From contig NC_083411.1 of the NCBI RefSeq assembly GCF_020745735.1, positions 17,505,263-17,569,262 of the forward strand: a stretch of DNA of 64,000 bases. Reading direction: 5' to 3'. The DNA is from Hemiscyllium ocellatum (Eukaryota). Under the pieces are notes generated by a model. The model worked only from the letters and a program-made list of their open reading frames with translations. It was not told the DNA's origin and ran no database searches. Below, in pieces: positions 59,101 to 64,000 of this stretch; positions within the stretch are counted from its first letter, which is position 1; each line of letters begins with the position of its first letter. The position numbers and the translations under genes are program-made.

Positions 59101-60405
59101 CTCTTCAAAAAATATACAATGTTAATCTTAGAGTATTCTTAAATTTCAATTTCAAATTTCTTAAACAGATCACTCAGATTAGGTATATAGTGAGCTATTT
59201 AATCTATTAACATTCAAATTACAGAAACTAGAGCAAACTGCAATTACTGCAGTTTTACAACAAATGTGACGACCCTGTTGTAGTGAGAATATAAGCATAA
59301 AGTATTATTGAAGAAACATCTGATGACAAAATGTTCATGAATAAAGAGGTTACCTTAGGATCAGGATCATTTAAATATTACAAACATTTCTTTTTTAAAA
59401 AAAAACTCAGTTTAAGCAGCAAATACAATTAGTAAAACTGAGGAAGACATATCTGATAGAAACGAAAGAGCTGGAAATGTGTTGCTGGTTAAAGCACAGC
59501 AGGTTAGGCAGCATCCAAGGAACAGGAAATTCGACGTTTCGGGCCAGAGCCTGAAGAAGGGCTCTGGCCCGAAACGTCAAATTTCCTGTTCCTTGGATGC
59601 TGCCTAACCTGCTGTGCTTTAACCAGCAACACATTTCCAGCTCTGATCTCCAGCATCTGCAGACCTCACTTTTTACTCACATATCTGATAGAAAAATCAA
59701 CACAGAAAGCATTGTGTTGTCATTGACCTAAAACATTAAATCTGTTTGTTTTTCTCCATAGATGCAGCTTAACTTCCAGAGTACTCACAGCATTTTCTGT
59801 TTAAAGACAAATCTGAAGCAGTTGGAGAGCTGACCAGTAATTGAGAGAATACACAAGATCCAGGATGACTCAGCCACAAATTAAAATCCATACAATATTC
59901 GATTCTCTCCAATTGTCATAATACTAATTGTCACAAGTAAGTGTGCTCCTCACAGGAAACAGTGGAATAAACATCATTAACAATATGTACACGGGAAAAC
60001 GAATAGCGAGAAACCAAAAACAGCCTAACTGCCTTGGAGCTTTGCAATCACACTGACAGCTTCAATTTTAATTTATGTTGAACATGGATTTTGAAGGAAG
60101 CCATTTATGTGGAGACAAAACCAGAAATTTCTGGAGAAACCCAGCAGGTCTGGCAGCATCTGTGGAGAAAGAAACAGTTAATCTTCAGAGCCCAGTGATC
60201 CTTCTTCAGAGGAGGACTGTAGTTCTTTGTTTTATCTAGTGGAGACATTGCCTCCTGAGCTGGATCCTGGGCTGAGGCCTGTTGCTTCACAAACCTTGGT
60301 CAAGACCTCCTTCTTCTCCTTCTTTTCGGGTTTCTCTGCCCTTTCCTCATATTTGACCTCCACCTTCTTCTCCCTGGGTTTGGTATTCTCCTTGTCTTCC
60401 TTCAT
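43955..60405 (-). CDS. UPF3B: UPF3B regulator of nonsense-mediated decay, 10 coding exons, 1413 nt / 470 aa
   Basis: Exons 60295-60405, 58957-59063, 55144-55250, 53766-53864, 52499-52612, 48627-48670, 48313-48504, 48067-48224, 44676-44988 and 43955-44122 join in frame with GT-AG introns. Contains the RRM-like domain VVIRRLPP...RAYINF...FDGYVF...EFAPFQK and the EJC-binding motif RIRNKDRPTMQLYQPGARSR. Confidence 0.96.
44676..44988 (-). CDS. UPF3B: UPF3B exon 9 (HDRVEDDSGRDY...KKERIRNK)
   Basis: 313 nt, acceptor TAG, donor GTACAA. Confidence 0.92.
45651..46100 (+). mobile_element. tRNA-derived SINE (HE1/V-SINE-like)
   Basis: A box TGGCTCAGTGG, B box GGTTCGATTCC, core GTGGAGTTT.CACATTCTCCC...GGTTTCCTCCCACAGTC, CR1-like 3' end. 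Confidence 0.82.
45911..45942 (+). ncRNA. Minimal hammerhead ribozyme motif (family A)
   Basis: UC-CUGAAGA-A-GGGC(CUAU)GCCC-GAAA-CG-UC^GA. Confidence 0.68.
46613..46771. mobile_element. Fold-back PLE-terminus insertion in a CR1 tail
   Basis: Inverted arms; TSD ACTCTGACTCCATA at 46599-46612 and 46772-46785. Confidence 0.72.
48067..48224 (-). CDS. UPF3B: UPF3B exon 8 (LLKKADKGDD...KEDKGK)
   Basis: 158 nt, acceptor TAG, donor GTGAGT. Confidence 0.9.
48313..48504 (-). CDS. UPF3B: UPF3B exon 7 (RIREEKREERRRRELEK...DEPKIK)
   Basis: 192 nt charged coiled-coil exon, acceptor CAG, donor GTACTT. Confidence 0.92.
48627..48670 (-). CDS. UPF3B: UPF3B exon 6 (AKKTTPLLDYVKNKQ)
   Basis: 44 nt, acceptor CAG, donor GTAATT. 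Confidence 0.93.
49079..49302. mobile_element. Fold-back (palindromic) PLE-terminus insertion with 15-bp TSD
   Basis: Two near-identical inverted arms of about 90 bp meeting at two back-to-back hammerhead cores; TAATGTAAAGAATGT at 49064-49078 and 49303-49317. Confidence 0.85.
49177..49208 (-). ncRNA. Minimal hammerhead ribozyme motif (family A), sense to UPF3B pre-mRNA
   Basis: UC-CUGAUGA-A-GGGC(UUUU)GCCC-GAAA-CG-UC^GA on the minus strand. Confidence 0.68.
49380..51660 (+). mobile_element. Old CR1/L2-clade LINE remnant with a younger CR1 insert (about 50670-51180)
   Basis: Decayed RT-like segments. Related old fragments lie at about 24250-24480, 25220-25740, 28680-29300 and 62090-62400. Confidence 0.55.
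52499..52612 (-). CDS. UPF3B: UPF3B exon 5 (DPEYKKFLESY...PETLLEEIEAKTKELA)
   Basis: 114 nt, acceptor CAG, donor GTAAGT. Confidence 0.95.
53766..53864 (-). CDS. UPF3B: UPF3B exon 4 (GQEYPAIVEFAPFQKIPKKKSKKKDAKVGTVED)
   Basis: 99 nt, acceptor TAG, donor GTATGG. Confidence 0.95.
55144..55250 (-). CDS. UPF3B: UPF3B exon 3 (LFPHVFSRAYINFKNQDDIVLFRDQFDGYVFIDSK)
   Basis: 107 nt, acceptor CAG, donor GTATGG. Confidence 0.95.
55370..57380 (-). mobile_element. Old CR1 remnant
   Basis: Decayed ILDLVL, DHNIVEF, LGKVDW and CR1 3'-type sequence. Confidence 0.6.
58957..59063 (-). CDS. UPF3B: UPF3B exon 2 (VVIRRLPPTLTKEQLEEQLAPLPEHDYFEFFSTNS)
   Basis: 107 nt, acceptor TAG, donor GTAAGT. Confidence 0.95.
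59463..59678. mobile_element. Fold-back PLE-terminus insertion with 16-bp TSD
   Basis: Near-perfect inverted arms of about 85 bp; ACATATCTGATAGAAA at 59447-59462 and 59679-59694. Confidence 0.85.
59551..59578 (+). ncRNA. Hammerhead core (family A), stem I broken
   Basis: CUGAAGA-A-GGGC(UCUG)GCCC-GAAA-CG-UC at the centre of a fold-back insertion. Confidence 0.55.
60295..60405 (-). CDS. UPF3B: UPF3B exon 1 (MKEDKENTKPREKK...KEVLTK)
   Basis: ATG at 60405, 37 codons, donor GTTTGT. Confidence 0.92.
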
Positions 60406-60731
60406 GTCTTAAGAAAACGGACCTCAGCTTCGCAGATAAACAGGCCCCCAGCACCAACAGGCCCTCTCCAGCTGAGCCCGCTGGCCTTTTGCTCCCTGTC
60501 ACGTCACTCAAGCTCCCATCTCTCTTCTGATTGGTTGGCGCGGGAGAGGTGGAGGCGATGGACGTGGGGGGGGCGGGGGTCATCGCCAGCCAATCACCGC
60601 GGCGGGTTGATGAGCGGGCGGCCCCACTCCAGCTCTCGCGAGAGGAGGAGATGGTGGTGAAGAGGTCAGGTGTTGGTTTGCGCATGCGCCCTGCGAAGGT
60701 CGCTGTGAGGGGGAGCTGTAGGAGGTCTGTG
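60406..60731. promoter_or_regulatory. Bidirectional CpG-island promoter UPF3B/NDUFA1
   Basis: 326 bp between divergent ATGs. CRE-like GTCACGTCAC 60498-60507, opposed CCAAT boxes 60530-60534 and 60590-60594, GC box 60570-60578, TCTCGCGAGA 60634-60643, NRF1-type TGCGCATGCGC 60679-60689. Confidence 0.88.
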
Positions 60732-60833
60732 ATGTGGTACGAGATCCTGCCCGGGATTGCCATCATGGCCGGCTGCCTGACGGTGCCAGGCCTCGCCACC
60801 ATCTACATTCACAGGTGGGCGAACGGCGGCAAG
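60732..60833 (+). CDS. NDUFA1: NADH:ubiquinone oxidoreductase subunit A1 (MWFE protein) exon 1; later exons not seen in the window
   Basis: [34 protein letters not shown] (34 codons) followed by donor GTAAGC. Confidence 0.95.
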
Positions 60834-62414
60834 GTAAGCAGTGGAGCTGTAACTTATTGTCGGCTGAGCTGTGTTTAGCACGCACCCGTTTTCACTGAGG
60901 GCCTTTGGAGCTCGGTGCCAGTGGGGTCCGAGACCTTGGGCACATTTAAGGCTGAGATAGATTCTTGATCTTGCAAAGTTATGGGAAAATGCAGGAAATT
61001 GTACTTGAGGAATGTCGGATCAGCCGTGAATATGCTTTATTCATTTAAAAAAAAGTTACTGAAGCATTTGTTTATAGTCTTTGCTCACCAATAACACACA
61101 AGCATTGGAATTTGGCATTCCCTGCAATTGCAAAAAAAAAGACCCAAAGCATTTCTTTGTTATGAATCATAGAATCCCTGAAGTGTGGAAATGGGCTATT
61201 TGGCCCAACAAGTCCACACCGACCCTCTGAAGAGTAACCCACCCTATTACTCTATAATTCTGTTACTCCTATTACTGTTCCTATCCCTGACTAATGCCCC
61301 TAACCTACACATCCCTGAACACTATGGGCAATTTAGCGTGGCCAGTTCACCTAACCTACCCGTCTTTAGATTGTGCAAGGAAACCGGAGCACCTGGAGGA
61401 AACCCATGGGCTGACGATATTTATGTACACAGGGGCACTGAGAGGATATGATAACTGAATGGACCCCCATTGTACTTGGGCAGAAAGACCTCAAATAGTA
61501 TTCTTTCCCTACTGTGCCTTTGTGGCAGCTGCCCCAAGCTTTAGTTTATCCCTCACCACATGGTCCTGGACATTGGAATGTGACAGTCTACAACATGCAG
61601 TTGAAGTTAACTCTTTGCACTAGAAAACTGGATGGAGGGGCTGGATGGCCTACTCCTGATCCTATATCTTATAGTCTCATGTCATTTCTCTTCGCACCTA
61701 CGTATTTTTAGGTCATGGTGTTGGTTGACCAACAACAAGTTGAATTGGTATAACTCTTTTTAATTACTAGTGCTTTAGAAGAAGTGTTACTAAGGGAGCC
61801 TTTGGGGGGGAGGGGAAGACTCACAACATGCACGCACATCCCACTCCTTCCTATTCTTCTAGTTTCTGTATCCTGTGTACCTGAGAGGAGGAAAGAAACC
61901 TTCCTCGCTTTTCTATCCCACCTTAAAGTTGACACTGGAGACAGTGCAGCACTCCCTCGTCACTATTATCCCTCGGATATAACCAGCACAGTTGCCTAAG
62001 TACATGTGGTGAATAATCCAAGAGTCCTGTTTCTGCTGTATATCTCAGTGACACTGTTAGTAATACCTCTGTCTGGGCATCAGTTGAAGAGAATCATCTA
62101 CAAGATAAAAGTCAGGAGTGTGATGAAATATTCCCCATTTGTCTGGATGAGTGCAGCTCCAATAACATTCAAGAAGCTCAGGACAATGCAGTACACTTGA
62201 TTGGAAACACATTAAAAACATTCCATTCACTACTTTTGCTCAGTAGCTGCAATGCCTTTCATCCACAAGGTGCTCTGCATCATTTCTCCTAGTCTCCTTG
62301 GTGGATATACATTTGACTAAATGACTCAACACCACATTCTCAAGGGCATTTAGGGATAGGCACAGGATGCTTTCCTTAACAGCACCCCTGACATCTCGAA
62401 AACGAATATTTAAA

Positions 62415-63540
62415 GATCAATGGGACACCAATAGGCTCACCCATATCAGGGCTCATGGCAGAAGCAGTGATGCAAAACAGCCCTCCCACAAATCCAACCC
62501 AAGTGCTCGATCAGACACACGGACGACACTTTTGTAATTGTTAAGAGAAAAGAAATAGAGAACACACACTGAATTATCAACGCCATGCTCACAGGAATCA
62601 GATTTACAAGAGTGGAGGAAACCAACAATCGATTCCTGTTCCTAAGTAAGATGGTAGAATGAACATACAATGGTAAATGCACCACAAAAGTGTACAGAGA
62701 AGCCACACACACACACCAGATTCTGAACTTCAATGGCAACCACCCGAGCACACACAAAAGATGCATTAGGACCTGTTCAAAAGGGCTACAACATGCTGCA
62801 GCACCCCTGACCTGCGAAGAGAGGAAGAAGAACACCTGTACAGAGTCTTCACCAAGAACGGATACCCTGCAACTTCACCTGCAGATACCTAACAGACAAA
62901 CAATGTGACAAGGACATAGTCACGATCCAACACACTAACCACGCTACTTTATATAAAAAAAGTCTCTGAACTAACAGCCAGCTTTCTCCAACCATTGAGA
63001 TTCATGACAGCCCACAAACAGACAACCATGCTCAGACAACCACTCACCGGGACAAAAGACCCTATACCCATCATGTATAAGGCTAACGTAGTTTACAGGA
63101 GGACAAACAGGCAGACACCTAGCAATCCACATCCACGAACACCAAACTAGCCACTAAACACCACGACCAGCTGTCCCTAGTAGTCAAACATACAGATGAC
63201 AAGGACCACAAATTCAATTGAGACAAACCAACAATCATAGGACAAGCTAAGGAGAGGACAGCCAGAGAATGTCAAGAAGCATAGCATGACTCTATGACCC
63301 ATCCATGGACTCTGTCAACATACACTAGACCTAAACACAATATACTGGCTACTACTACAAACTACAGGAACTGGCAACCAGAAGCAGCAGGAATGGAACC
63401 AAATAAATTCCAGAAAACACAGCACAGCAACGCTTCACAGGAGGCTCCAAAGAACTGACGGGATGAAATGTCTGCAAATCAACTTCCCAGCTCAGCGAAC
63501 ATACCCACAACTACGACAACTGGCTACAAATCTTTACACA
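62415..63540 (+). mobile_element. Penelope-like element remnant (RT core to GIY-YIG) in NDUFA1 intron 1
   Basis: INGTPIGSPISGLMAEAVM, IRHTDDTFVI (decayed YVDD), HKRCIRT, GQTGRHLAIHIHEH; frameshifted. Confidence 0.82.
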
Positions 63541-63609
63541 AATAATGAATGTTTAAAATTGTTATTTTTAGCTCCTCCTAGATTCCAGAGGGTGAGAAAC
63601 ATTTAAAGC

Positions 63610-64000
63610 ATGCTTTCCTTTATTGGTCAGAGCATCGAGTATTGGAGTTGGGATGTCATGTTGAGGCTGTACAGGACATTTGGTTCAACCACTTATGGAA
63701 TATTGTGTGCAATTCTGGTCTCTCTCCTATCAGAAGGATGTTGTGAAACTTGAAAGAGCTCAGAAAAGATTGACAAGGATGTTGCCAGGGTTGGAGGATT
63801 TGAGCTATAGGGAACAGGCTGGGGTTGTTTTCCCTGGAGTGTCACATGCTGAGGGGCGACCTTATAGAGGTTTATAAAATTGAGGTGCATAGATAGGGCA
63901 AATAGACAAGGTCTTTTTTCCTGGGGTGGGGGAGTCCAGAGCTAGAGGACATGGGTTTAGGGTGAGAGGTGAAAATTTAAAAGGGACCTAAGCGCTGTGT
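63610..64000 (+). mobile_element. CR1 3' fragment running off the window
   Basis: PLMEYCVQFWSLSYQKDVVKLERAQKRLTRMLPGL. Confidence 0.85.

Noticed and set aside
1888-59694. Dispersed repeats with hairpins read as a CRISPR array, tRNA genes or classical MITEs
   Set aside because: Eukaryotic context with no regular repeat-spacer period; tRNA-like boxes belong to SINE heads; variable arms and TSDs do not fit MITEs.
60347-60881. ORFs of 151, 115 and 71 aa across the UPF3B/NDUFA1 promoter
   Set aside because: CpG-island by-products; only the NDUFA1 exon portion resembles a known protein.

Overview
Vertebrate genomic DNA, most likely from a cartilaginous fish (inferred from the HE1/V-SINE-like SINEs, CR1 LINEs with GACTCTAT-type tails and abundant Penelope-like elements). 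Four genes of the conserved SEPT6-SOWAHD-UPF3B-NDUFA1 block are present: SEPT6 coding exon 1 (-), intronless SOWAHD (+), complete 10-exon UPF3B (-, 470 aa) and NDUFA1 exon 1 (+). UPF3B and NDUFA1 share a 326-bp head-to-head promoter. By eye, RPL39 and RNF113A, which sit in this block in human, are not present. The rest is mostly retroelement debris: many CR1 fragments, one decayed near-full-length L1, a solo LTR, tRNA-derived SINEs and Penelope-like element (PLE) remnants with RT and GIY-YIG motifs. The most notable signal is about 25 short PLE-terminus insertions (roughly 70-250 bp). Many are fold-back palindromes with 9-16 bp target-site duplications. They carry minimal type I hammerhead ribozyme motifs (CUGANGA-N-stem II-GAAA-palindromic mini stem III-UH) in five sequence families with covarying stem II, including a U3:A8 compensatory core variant. 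One copy sits exactly at the SOWAHD stop codon and several lie in UPF3B introns. All calls were made by eye; repeat boundaries are approximate.
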